Part shown: positions 14,484 through 27,800 of the stretch, piece after piece
Layout of the letters: the number at the start of each line of letters is the position of its first letter
Numbering within the stretch: the first letter of the stretch is position 1
Assembly (NCBI GenBank): GCA_964304625.1
Contig: OZ199840.1
Location: forward strand, 2,965,189-3,029,188
Length of the DNA stretch: 64,000 nt
Source of the DNA: Kudoa neothunni
Taxonomy: Eukaryota > Animalia > Cnidaria
Direction: 5' to 3'
Translations under genes and position numbers: made by a program
The notes under the pieces: model-generated
What the model was told of the DNA's origin: nothing
Database searches by the model: none
What the model saw: only the letters and a program-made list of their open reading frames with translations

Positions 14484-16291
14484 CTAGCGCTCATGCTCAG
14501 CTTTGCCTGATACTATGTGATGGAAAATTCTAACTTTTAGCTTTCTTTCAGTGTAGTGAAATTCTACGGTAAAGTTAATTTAATTTAATTGGAGGGTTAA
14601 AACCCACACATTTTAAGTCTTCGTTTTTATTTATGCATTTTAAAGTTTGACATTATTTTTGCACCGTGGTTATTTAGAGACACCAAAATATGCATGTACT
14701 TTTCAGTATAATATAAATATAGATGTTGATAGAAAATCATTGAATATTTTTAAGTATATTATACAAATTATTGATTATAAATACAAAGATTACAATTTTA
14801 TGAGAAATCTAATTAGCGATTAATACTTATTTGTTAAAAAACACATTAAGTAATTTAAAACAGGGCTTTCGGCTCTTATCAAAATTTTGCGATATAAATT
14901 AATTCTTATAATTATCAAATCTATCATTAGTCTACAAACGATAAGAAAAAAAATACGTGATATATGCCGAAAATAGATAATTAATTACTCCTACCTTATA
15001 ATTTTATGAATCGTGTTAATCAGGTTTTGAAAATCTGTAAGCAATAAGTTATGTATTCAATTTTTGAACATAATTTTCCAACTTTAAAATAAATTCTACC
15101 TTTCTTTTTAACGAAATACTTGATGGTTCTGAAAAATTACAGTTATATTAAAATGTCAATTGGTTTTCTTGGAGGAATGCTCCTTTTTATAATTAACGGA
15201 CCATTTTATTGTTTCCAACAATTTCTTTTTATTTTACTATTTTCAGATCAACGGAAACTTTGTAAAAATATCGGTTAGATCAAAAAACCAATAATTTCTA
15301 ATTAACTAACATGACACGTAGAGAGTGGATTACATATTTTGAAAAAGTAATCGTGAATATAAATTATTAAACTATCTGTAGCATTGTGTATGACTTATTT
15401 TCATGCAGTTTTTATATCATATTGAGTTATCTTTATCCTAAAGAAAACTTAAGATTGATTTGAATATTAACGTTAGAGTCTGAAGATAGGAAATAATCAG
15501 TTTTGTAGGAGCTTAAACACTACGTAAAAATTATCTCCGTAAACATTGAAAATTAATGCATTAGTTATGACAGTCGTTTCGCAAGAATGTTTAAAAACTT
15601 ATTGAAAAAATGAATATAGTATAAATTCCAGGAATTCCGACAGAGTATAATTTTTATTTAAAAAGTCACTACAACAATTTTAATATTTGAAATTCTACAC
15701 ACATCCTACAACGTTTTTAGAATGCGTATAGAGACCCAAATTATTCCAACATGGCAACAACTTTAATAACGAATTATGTGTTATATTTAAAATGATCATA
15801 AGCTCTTTTCTTTAAATGTATTTTAAATGTTTTAAAATAAATTCGTATTTTAAAAAATTGTAATATGCTCAAAATTTTAATGTCAATGTAACAACTCCTG
15901 AAAATATGGCTTTAGTAGCTTTATGTCTTAAAATTACTCTAAACGGCATAGATAACATTTTTGAAACATTCTATATAAAAATAAGCAGATTTTATTTGTG
16001 TATAACGTTTAAACGTTTCTTTTAATTGACTACCATTTCAAAGTAAACAAACATCAATAGTATTCAAGTACTTTTAATCCACTATTTGAATTGACAAACA
16101 GAAAATTCCTTATTTCTGACTGCGATATTGATTATATCTATACTTTTAAGAAAATAAACTATTTATATTAATGATATCATCTATTCAAATGCAAACTAAA
16201 AGTTGTACTTAAAAAAAGTTTCTCCGTGACACATGCGTACCGCTGCATACGCACACACTGACACACATAAGAACTTTATATATATAGTCGA
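14484..16291 (-). mobile_element. non-autonomous Helitron, family A copy 1
   Basis: Minus strand reads A|TCGACTATATATATAAAG ... CAGGCAAAGCTG hairpin ... CGCTAG|T (5'-TC, 3'-CTAG, A|T insertion site); colinear with 31363-33301. Confidence 0.8.
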
Positions 16292-16311
16292 TAAGGAATG
16301 AATAACTCGAA

Positions 16312-16614
16312 GCTCCCAAGGTATGTTTGGCGCATTCGATGGTTCACTGATGCACTAATCATGAGATTATAGGTTCGAGACAGATGGGGGTAACACGTGT
16401 GTGGGTTACTATGTTTGCGCAATTAACGGTGAGCCAGGCGATGCGATGATTAAATGCTGTGATCTGTGGTACCAGGCAATGCCCGTTCGTGTGTTCGTTC
16501 ATGTCATGAGCGAACGAAGTTTTCTTCATAATTATAAACACGAACGAAACCATTCGTGCGTTTTGTGTGCAAGGGTGGTGTTAAAGTGTGTGGTGTGGCT
16601 GACGAGAGTCTAAC
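16312..16614 (+). mobile_element. retrozyme-like structured repeat fragment, truncated within a hammerhead core
   Basis: GC-rich island with nested stems (CGTTCGTGT/ACACGAACG, TTCGTTCAT/ATGAGCGAA, GTAAC/GTTAC) ending in GTGG-CTGACGA-GAGTC; the downstream GAAA half is absent. Confidence 0.55.
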
Positions 16615-18609
16615 CCATGACCTTCAAACCTAAAAATGGCGAGATATTATTTGACTATGGACCATAGCGTTAGTGCACGATTACGCGCTATTGTTAATAT
16701 GTGGATACGCCACAGAGGCACCTAAAAATATCCTCATGCAAACGCCTTTCGAATTTCTTTTTTCACGATTTTCCATGATAATATAAAAGAATACGGAGAG
16801 GAAAAATTCAACTCAAAATAATAACTTCTAAATTTGAAGAATTTTTCATTTCTCTCTTAGTTATTAACTCAATAGTTATTTATTATTACTATTTAGATTT
16901 TTTACGATTGTTGTATAACAATTTTATATGAACTAACTTTAAAAATAAACTTTTTGCAAATTTCACAAAACCGTCTCATTTTTCACTATAATCAAAATAC
17001 TTGATGAACTTTTAAATATAGATATTAATGTAGTAAGATTTGTTTTAGTTTTTAATTTTTTTTAGAAAATAAGAAATTATTCAGGAACCTAATTTTTTAA
17101 AATGATAATTTTAAATTGTTTTACCATGCTGTCTCTGTAATATATTGAAAACAAATATTAAGCTATATTTTTGTTTTGTACGTTTTTGTATATGTCAAAA
17201 TTTAGTAACAAAAAATTCGGCCAAATATTCGAATGGAGAATATTTCGAAGTGTAAATTTAATATCTTAACTAAGGTTATTATTTGGATTGGTACACATAT
17301 AATTGACTAAAACTAATAAATTTAAAGAGATAACAATTTTTTGAATTTATAGTAATAACATTTTTACGTTCATCGAATGGTATACTAAATACACACGTAA
17401 GAATTTCTCTAATAAAGTAAAACTTTTTATAATCGACCTTAAGTTATTTAACTATTGAAATTAAATGCTGATCTAAAATATAATGTTAATTCATTATTAA
17501 AAAAACTCATCAACTCCAAGAAAATGAAGAAAATATATTTTGAGAGCACGTGGTTGTCTTCTTGCTTTTAAACTATTCATGCTTAAAACCTATAAAAACT
17601 TCTATAATTAAATTTGATATTGTAAAATTTATGTTTATATGTTCAAACATATGAAGTATAATCAATATATGAATGATTATCAAAACATATTAGAGAACAA
17701 TTCAATGTTTGTTGAAAAATGATGGAGATTACACGTGTATCCGACTGCGTTCGGATGAAAAATTCTTAAAATTTCAAAGTTATTATTTTAAGATGAATTT
17801 TTGCTTTTCATATTCTTTTATTTTATTATCAAGAATCATGAAAAAAGAAATGCGCCAAAAGATTTTTAGATGGCGCGTACTTAATGATTAGCCATATTTT
17901 TGCGTACAAAACACTTAAAATTGATGATTGAACAAATTATTTGCAAAACCGAAAACCGTTTTCAAGATAATTGAAACCTAACAGTCTTAACCCTTAAACA
18001 AAATATTACGTTCGAACTTTTTAGAAACTCAAAACTAAGGGTTGGCAAAAATTAATTATAATAATTTATTTTTAATTGCAATTATTACACTTTCAAAAGA
18101 TTCATTTAATCTTTAAAAATCGTTTGCCGTCGTTTAGTTTTAAAAATATTAACTGTTACGACATATTTTTAAATATTGAACTTTTCTTTTTTATTGTTGG
18201 CGTACGACCGAGGAATACTTAAATTAAGCCATGAAATAACGATAAAATTTTAACATACTTATTTATTCCACACCGGGAAAAGCTCAATAAGCAACGTTAT
18301 AATGTTATGTTATTAAATTACCAACGGAAAAAAGTGGAGCATTTTTTATCTCTATCGCGCTATCTAATAATTCGAAATTCTTAGGTTTTCTCGCATCGGA
18401 ATAGCTCGGAAGCGCATTAAATTCAATTACATTCGATTGTACTTCAAATTTTATTTCTATCAAGCATATTCGACATATTCTTGCTTATTTATCTATTAAT
18501 AATATTTTTAAGATCATTTTAATCCAAATATAAGCATTATACTCTATTATTTGATGTCTCTTTACAATTATTTTAATAAAAAAGTACTGAGTGTAAGATT
18601 TCAACTTAA

Positions 18610-19678
18610 AAAATTGATAAATTCTCATTCGAGCGATATTGTGCTCACGTGTAATTTTCTTTTTGTTTTCAAAAACCTGGAAATTGACTTATTCTTTGCA
18701 TATTTTTGCACATCACTTTCTTAAAAAATTAACATATTTATTACTACTGTGCTCTATTCACCTTGTGTTATACCAAATAAAGTTTTTAAGATAATTAAGA
18801 CTTTTGTTGGTTAGTAATAATCATTACAAAATTTTCATTGATATATTAATTATAAAAATCACCTCGTTAATGCTCTAAATCGATCTAAAAATTGAAAATA
18901 TTTTAATTTCTCTATCTAAATAAAGGAAAAAATAAATTTTACCGGTATAATCTTTCTTATATATTCGTTCAAACAGAGATTTTGTGTAAAAGACATGAAT
19001 TTCGGCAATATAAACTCAAAATCCCATATATAAGATATAAAGCGCTTTGATCATCATATATTAGGGTTCAGACAAAAATTTATATTTTCATAAGTTCAGA
19101 TACTAATAATTAAAATAAATATTTATTTTAATATTAGATTATTAATATTTAGTCAAACAGATTAAGCGTAAAAAAATATTTTAAAATATATACAATATCC
19201 ACGATTGATTATCTAAAACATCGTAAAAATCAATTTTTGAAGATTTCAACGATTAATATAATTTATATTTTGTATCATAACTAAAATGACAGTGCATGAT
19301 TGAAATTTAAACAATATTAAACTTTGTTATGTTAAAATTTTCATACGAATGCTGCGATAAAATTTTATCTACTTTATAAAAACATACTGAAAAAATTCAT
19401 AAACTAAAAAACATATTTTAATATTACCAACAATAGTTATATCTATATTTCATGTACTAACATATGAATAAATGACTTTTCTTACAGTTGGAAAATTTCA
19501 TGCCTATATAGAGCATTTAAACTCACTTATTGGTTAAATAATTTCGTGAAAAAATAATTTAAGTAATTTTGAACAGGTGTGCTAAATATGCAAAGAATAA
19601 GGTATATTTCAGGTTTTTGTAAACAAAAAGGAAATTTCACGTGGGCGCAATGTCGCTCGAATGAGAATTTATAAATTT
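18610..19678. mobile_element. MITE with ~100-bp terminal inverted repeats
   Basis: ataaattctcattcgagcgatattgtgctcacgtg...attctttgcatattt (18617-18715) is the reverse complement of ~19578-19672. Confidence 0.75.
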
Positions 19679-21893
19679 CTCCCTTGATATTCTTGTTTCA
19701 CTCCTAAAATAATGATGTTAAATTTGTATCGTAACATTGTATTAAACTGAATTTCGCTAGCACAAAAACACAGTTTTAAATCAAGACCAATAAATAACGA
19801 ATATTTTCTTTTAAATCTCGTTGACTAGCGGTCAACAAAAATTCGTTTCTATTTTATTAATTACGTTATTAGACCACAAAAAATGTTTAAAATAAATTTC
19901 GGTAATTGCAAATAAAATTGATTGTGAGACTGATAATTGATTTAAATAAAATCAATTATTTCCTTCCCACACTCTAAATATCGTAACACATCACGCATCA
20001 TGTTTTTTAGAATCTCTACTTACTACCGGTCTTGGCTGGATAGCATGTTTTTTGGGCAAGCGCACAAAAAATATTAAATCACGAAACTAGCTATAACTTA
20101 AATATTAATGAAGAGACAATTATTTTTTTTGTTTAAATTACTATTTAAAAATAAATAAACATCTGGAATAGAATCAGACATTAATTCCCACCTTTTTGAA
20201 TCATGATGTCTAAAATAATTGCCAACCCCTTCTAGGTAAAATAAAGCCATCTCTAAAAGGTTCAATTTTGTATCAATAAAATCATCATCCGTTTCTGAAT
20301 TATTGAGGAGGGACTGCCATTGTTATTTCTATGAATTAGAGAGGACATCATTATAAACCACATTACTATGTATCTATAACACGTGTCTGTGTGTATCCTT
20401 CGTTTTTTAACTTGCTGTCACATTGATGTAACTATAAAAACTTATTAATTTTTTAATCGTGATAAGAAAAGAAAGAAAACGCTTGATTTAATCATCGGTC
20501 AAAGTAAAAAGGTACGTACAACCGATCCTCGCGTGACTTTTATTATTCGCATTTTCGTAATAATTATGCTTATAAATTATTCAAAGCGAGTAATAATAAC
20601 ATTGAATCATTTTTGAAATAATTTAAAATAAATAGGAACCATTTAATATGTAAAATCATTAATGTTATTACGACCGGTTTGTTACTCTATTATCAAAATA
20701 TTCGGGTAGCAGCGGCACACGGATCACCCTCAAGCTACGACAATGCCTTAATCTCCAAAGCAGGCTTCTACTCCATATTATTTATTAAACATCCCTCAAA
20801 ACTCATTTCGTGGTTTAATCAAGTTTAAAAATAATTACGTTGAAACTCTACAACGAAACAACATTCACCAGACCACGATTGTTATGTATTAATATTCGTT
20901 AATCGTTATCTCATAATTTAAATTTGAAAATATCTAGCCTAAATTAAAATAACTGAGATATATTTTATTCAAATATTCAAGAAAATATAAATGAATATTT
21001 TACAGTCGCAAAAATGATTATTATGAACGAAACCATTGGACCAATTAAAAATTTGAGGCCATACATCTCGTTAAAAATTAAATATAAATTAAAATTCTTA
21101 CCTGCTGATGTGTTAAATTAATAGGGTAGTATTAATGAAATTTCAATAGAATAAATTGTGTCTGTTAGGAATTAGGAAGAAATTATCTTATTTGGGTACC
21201 TAATATAACTTCCCTGGTACCGGAAAGGCCAAGATTATTTCGTCAATATTGATCTTATAAATGTGAAAAGAGGATACTTAAGGCTCTTAAAGTTTCATAA
21301 ATTGATGAACGAAACATAAAAAATCCGTATTCAATCAGCAACTTAGAGAGAATAAAAATTCATATTAGAAATTGTTGGTTAAAACAATAATTGGAATCAA
21401 AGTTGATCAATATTTACATTACATTAAAAAGTTACTTATATATAAGAAGACGTTTAAGAATTAGTTGTTACCATTACTCAAAATTTTGTTATGTGAATCT
21501 GGCATTAGATACGAAGAAGCATCACCTGATCGAAATGAAGTATAAAAAGCAAAATAAATTTACTCTATGATTGAGAGAAAAATCATTTCTTTATAAAATA
21601 TCGTTTTGAGATTTAAGAAAAATGGATGCAGATCACAATTTAAACAAGCATGAAAATCGGCAACTTATAAATCATTTAAGAAATGACGATGCAAAACTTT
21701 AACACAGATGAATGGAATCAAAGATTATAATAATTATAATAAGAAAGAAATTTAAATATAATGTATTAATTTTTTCCAATCCCTGCTATCTTCTCTCTAA
21801 AGTCGCCAGAAAAATTCAAAAAACAATAAATTCAGCTAACGACTTAAAATATCAAATAATGCTACCTGTTAACTACAGATAACGAAAATTAAT

Positions 21894-24800
21894 CTAATCG
21901 CTTTTCTTCTTCAATACCACGATTCCAACTATCGCAACAACCACAACCACAGCAACGCATACAATAATGATTCTATAAAACGGTTAGTTCAAATATCAGC
22001 ATCTAAAAATGTTTACATAAGTTTGGTTTTATCCCTAGAAAATATTTAATAAAATAAAAAAAATATTACTAAGCTCACCCTGAACTACTCTTTGCTCCTA
22101 CGATATATAACATTAAATTACACTGTGAACAAATAATATACCTTGTTGAATGTCAGCACCACCGAAAATATTATTATCTTGAGCACTGTAAACAGTCAAA
22201 TAATAGTTATTTCCATCTTGCAAACCATTTATTTTGAATTCTTTACAGGTTTTAAAGGCAGTACATCTGTCGACTTCTTTTCCCATGCAAGATTTTACTA
22301 CCGCATTAGACTTGACACTACTGTTACGTAACTCCCATTTGCATTTTGAGTTATCGTTCATACCGGCTGGAAGTGTGGTGGTTACAATGAAGCTGTCCCC
22401 ATCACGTGTAATGACGACTGATATCAATTTTGAGGAGTCTGTTGGGTTTACTTTTGGTGCACCTAATGTAAGTTTCATTTAAGAAATTCTTATAGAGACA
22501 TTAATTAAAGCATGACAATGGCTATTCTCATGGAAGCGAATAACTCCTCCGTTAGAAAAGATATTTCAAAACTTATCTCTTATTAAAATTAAGCTATTTT
22601 TAAACTAATTTTCTATGCAAAAATTGTTTGAAAATTTAAGGAACAAAAATTCAACACTTTGTTTGCCCTATTTACACTGTTCAAAAAGTACACTCACATT
22701 TGTTGGGTATAATATTATGTAACAAAAATATAATTGAAATTGTGATGAGCGCACATGAAGACAATTGGTACAAATAACAACAGCGTATCACGACGACTGC
22801 TGATAATAATGTAGAGGTTATTACAGAAATGAAAAGTAAAAACATTTACTAATAAGTAGAAGCTGTTCTGTTCGAGCAATCTTGTGTCACCCACCGTGTT
22901 TGGATACGCGCGTGAGTTCTTTTTGATTATGGAGCGTTCTATTTCGTGAGACTATTTCTAAATTTTAAAGAAATGTGAAATAACTGAAATCTGTACAACG
23001 AGTTGATATATTGCATTCAGTTGGAGAAGAAAAATTTAAGATTTCGTAAGATATAAAATATCAATTGCATGGAATAAGTCTAAAAAGTGATTTCATTATT
23101 GCCTCCTATGAAGCGCTGTTAAATTTTCAAATGTCGTTATTTTGGAGAAATTTTGTTGGGTGCACAGCTGAACGATCATGGCTAATGGATAAGTTGAACA
23201 ATTCTTCACTGAGGTGAACATTGATTTTTGTGATGTAATGAAATTACAAATTCATCAGTATCGGAGAGTAAATGTTTGTACTCTTAAAGTGAAATTTGTT
23301 AGAACAATTCAAAATTCTAAAAGCGGAATGAACCCTTATTCTAACCCCAACTTGGTTTATTATACAGTAGTTAACCGATTTTCCGCATTTTTGAAAATCT
23401 TATAATAGACGTTTTAGAAACTTCTATATTTTCAAGGAATCATCATAACTCCTCTTTGTTACGATATTTGTGAAATTTTAAATCAGTGCAACGTTCCTAT
23501 TCTTGTTTTTTCGACGAAAAGAAAATTAACCGATTTTTCGCACATATTCCAGCCTTTAATCCTATTTTTGCTCTGATGAGCATGTGATAAAAATAATTTT
23601 CCTTTAGTTGGATGGCAAATTTGAGTAATATATGTACAGCCAATAATGGTTATTTCGCACCTTTTTGCCTTCCCCCAAAAAATGCGCAATATCCATCGGA
23701 TCATGCGCGCATGCAATATAAAACTCATTTATTTTTTTAACATACTAATTAACATTTATTTTTTGAGAGAATTGTTATAAGAGTACGTTTCTATGTATAT
23801 TGTACAATTTTAGATATCCTATCCTTCATTGGGTAGAAATCGTTCGATCCATTTGGTTCTTAAGTTGTGTCAGCGTATTTCTGAGATAGTATTATTCAGT
23901 TTCTCCGTGTTTAATACATGGGTGATGTGGTCATTTTCATAATGATTAGCATCATATTGAGAATTTTCAATTCAAATAGATGGATTGTTCCCATAAGAAT
24001 TACAAATAAATTCTATCTATAATTTCACGTTATGCATGATCTAACTGATTAATAATGATATAACCACCACCTTGTTAGATTTTTTAAAACTTTAAAAATT
24101 GAAAATTAAAAGAAAACTTGATCGCCTTTGTGTATCTAGAAAGATGTTCCTTCTGAATTAATTTTCGATAAATTTTTCTTTTAAATCTAATTTTAGGAAT
24201 TCAATTAAAAACAGATTTGGATTTACCAAGGTTTGGTTGGGTAAGAAAAAGCAAATGATCTACGTAAGAACCATGACATATATGGGTACGAGCGTGTTAA
24301 GAAGGAAGTTGTTATTTTACGTATAATTTAATTTTGAAATTTACGATTTCATCTTATATAATCAGTAATATTTATATTCATTTAAAATTTTTTAACAATG
24401 ATGCAATCAGATTCTATTACAATTGAAGGACGTAATAACATATTTTTATTAAAAAACGGATTTAAAAACGTTACTTTTTAATTGTGTAGCGAAAAAACAT
24501 GAGAATTAAATCCAAGAAAAGTAATTTGTTCCAATATATTATGCGCTTTTTAATACTTATCATTTATAACTACAAGCTTGTTTTCAGTACTTAAACAAAG
24601 TGTTCACAATTAAACATCATTTTCAAAAATAAATAATAATGTTTTAGTTTATAAATTTTTTTAGCGGTTTTCAATAGGTTAATCTAGTATATAAAGCAAA
24701 CCGGTAATCCGCATGCTTGTGTATGTACGCATTCTTCATTATTCATAGAGAGACATATCGCTCCATTTGAACACACACACGGAAAGATAAAATTTGATTT

Positions 24801-27800
24801 AAATACAGAAAAATACGTAAAAATTGTAAAAGGTTTACATTATGCAAACACAGATCATTTCGTTAAAGTTTAAAAAGTTTATTTTACTTTAAATTATTGA
24901 AAACTAATTTAGTAATTGAATTGGTTAAAATAAGGAAGGTTATGTAGCCCAACATTAATATGAAACTCATTTTTTGGTGCTTAACAAAATTAGTCCTATT
25001 CATATGGTTTGATTTAGAGATTACTGTGAATAACAAGAAGAAAATCGATTTTTTGGCAGCTCTAAAGCGGAAATTTAAAATGCTCAGTAGTGTTTATTCG
25101 TTTTTAAAAATATTGAATAAGGTTCATGCGTTCAATTAGTTAAATAAAACATCCGTCAATTGGGTAATCTTTGTACTATTTATCTAAATACTCCTAAGTT
25201 ATTTTGAACATCAAATGACCTCGGCCTACTCAAGGCCTTAGCCTACTTGGCCGGGAAAGTGAGCCCACACGAAGCGGGGCTTTTGTGCTAATTTAAAATA
25301 TATGTAATTAATATTGGGAGATATCTACCATCGGATTTTTTAAACAGTTGTTTCCCACATTATAATGGTATCAATCTATACGTTATTTATAATGAAAAAT
25401 ATAACACCTATAATAAATTTATTCAAAAATGGTTGATCATAAGTATTTAACCTTCTCTAAATTATTTATTTTCATCATAATGATCAACAAACCTATTGAG
25501 AATTTAATGTCTTATTGTAGTTTTTTCCCGAATTGTTCATAATTTAATTCATTGATAAAAGTCTTATTTTCCTAAAGAATGTTATACTAGGAGTTACATA
25601 AAATTAAAATATTATGGATTTCAGGAAATAAACAATAAAAATTCTGCTCTATACAGACGTTAGATTGTGCAGCTATAACAACAAAATTTAGTAATGTTTC
25701 GAACTTAATGTAAAGTAGAACTATTTTTAAAAAATGGTATACGCGTGAGTTATTTTTTAATTACATTATTTTAATATTTTATGTAAGGTTTAACGAATTT
25801 GTTAATCCCTTCACAACTTATATACGTATCTTGCAAATTTTAGAGGATAGATACTTTAGTTTATTATTAATCAATAAAAATTGATTTTAATTGACTCATT
25901 AAATCGAAGGAAATAAAATTTAATTATATTATTATTCCTGATTGTTGTTGGTAAGATTCTTCCAAGATTTTATCGGATCACATATATTTTATTCAACATG
26001 AATTTGATCATCGATTTAGGATCTCAGAGATATATGCATCAAAGAAGTCAATTTGTATTTAGTAATTAAGCTCACAATTTTCTATATAAAATTTTTAAAT
26101 ATCATCCATATTGTTAACATTATCCATTTGTCGTAGTTACATCAATAACATTAAATATAATAAAAATATTTGTAATTTAATCAGAAATTAAAATTCTGCT
26201 CCAATGATGAAATTTTTTCTGTATTTTTATTAATATCTTTTTATACAACAAAATGGAGTTAATTTAAGCCTAAAACAATCTAATAGTAAACGCGTACATT
26301 TATGTATCGTTATAATTTTTTGATTTACGTACAATGACCGACAATTATAGTTTAAAATCAACGAATCTACTCAGATTTAAATAGCAACATGTAATTCTAT
26401 AAGGAAACCAAAGTATTAATAAATTTGTAAATGTCGATAAAATTTTTAATTATAAAAAACAATTTCTGTTATTTAATAAATTAATCCAGAATAATTTTTC
26501 TTAATATAAAAATAGAAAAACGTTGACATCAACGTTTAATTTCGTTCAACTTATTTAACATAAAAATCACCAAATAATGATTATACACTTTGATTCTGAG
26601 GTATATTTAAATTTAATCGCGACTAAAATTAGTGCGCTATACCCATCGAAAAACCCCATATGGGGATTGAATTTTAATGCGAAATATCCATTTTTAGCAT
26701 TTTTCAAAATTTTTCCCTAAAAAAAATAATTTTAAATATTTTCTTAATATCTCAAAAGACATTTAAAATAGAACCGCACTTTAGAAAACGATAAAATAAT
26801 GACACACAACGAAAAGTGCGCAATATCCACCTAAGCAATAACCGATGCTGACGGTAGAGACTTTATCTGTTGATATTTGCAAGATTAGTCTTAATTAGAC
26901 ATTTAATAGACCACATGTCGATATTTGATTAAATTCAAGCTGAAATGATCTAAATCTTTACATTTTTTATACTTTAGTAAAAATTAAATTTGGATTACAA
27001 AAACGTATCTGGATATGGCTATTTTAATGATATTTGAAATGAAAACGATCGATATTTATTTATACCATTTTTCCTTTGTTATTCAATATTTATTAGTTGT
27101 TACTTTTCTGCATAATATCAGGGCCATGTTCAAAATATGCCATAATAAAGTACATGAGATTACATGATGCTATATTTAGATGATTACTATTATTCTTTTG
27201 TCGGGACGGTAATTTGATCTATTCCTTCGTGTATCTAGGAACTTCAAATATATTTTTCGTAGCGCCATTAATAAATAATCATCTTTTACACTAACCCATT
27301 CTCTTTTCTTATGGAAAAATAACGCGAACAAGTTTAACGGACTCATGTGATGATTAATTAAATTAAATAGTTTGATTATTCGATTTAGGTATTCTGATTA
27401 AACACTGAAATAATAAAAATACGCTGCATAACATACACCAACGTATTAACATCATGAAACAACATTTAATTTAAATAATTGAAAAGAATTTGGTGGAGAT
27501 ATCAGCTTCAAAATTCATAGTTGAACAAAATATTACGCCTTTACACACGGAAAATCTAATTTTTTATTAATCTGATTTATGCGCTATCAAAATGACTTTA
27601 CTAAATTAGATCCATATTCATGTTGTGATATTTTACTGAATAAAAGGAACATTTCCTCTCTATGTTTTATTTCCTTTATTTTTTAGTAAAATGTTACAAA
27701 TTACAAAAAAAGTTGGTTAGGTAAAAATATTGGGAAAGGACCCTGAGCGTGAGTCAGGGTTTGCGCTAGTTAGATATGTTTGTATTTCATTTAAACCAAA

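Noticed and set aside
16608-16617. CTAACCC as a telomerase RNA template
   Set aside because: Only 7 nt with no alignment repeat, and it lies at the edge of the island within hammerhead-like context
22113-22478. 121-aa ORF as an independent gene
   Set aside because: Its ATG lies inside the 3' end of an intron (acceptor at 22463), it has no signal peptide, and it is repeat 6 of the gene starting at 30411
22730-24680. Transposase or captured gene within the MULE
   Set aside because: Only short stop-ridden frames; no DDE or WRKY-like motif recognisable by eye (BLASTX needed)
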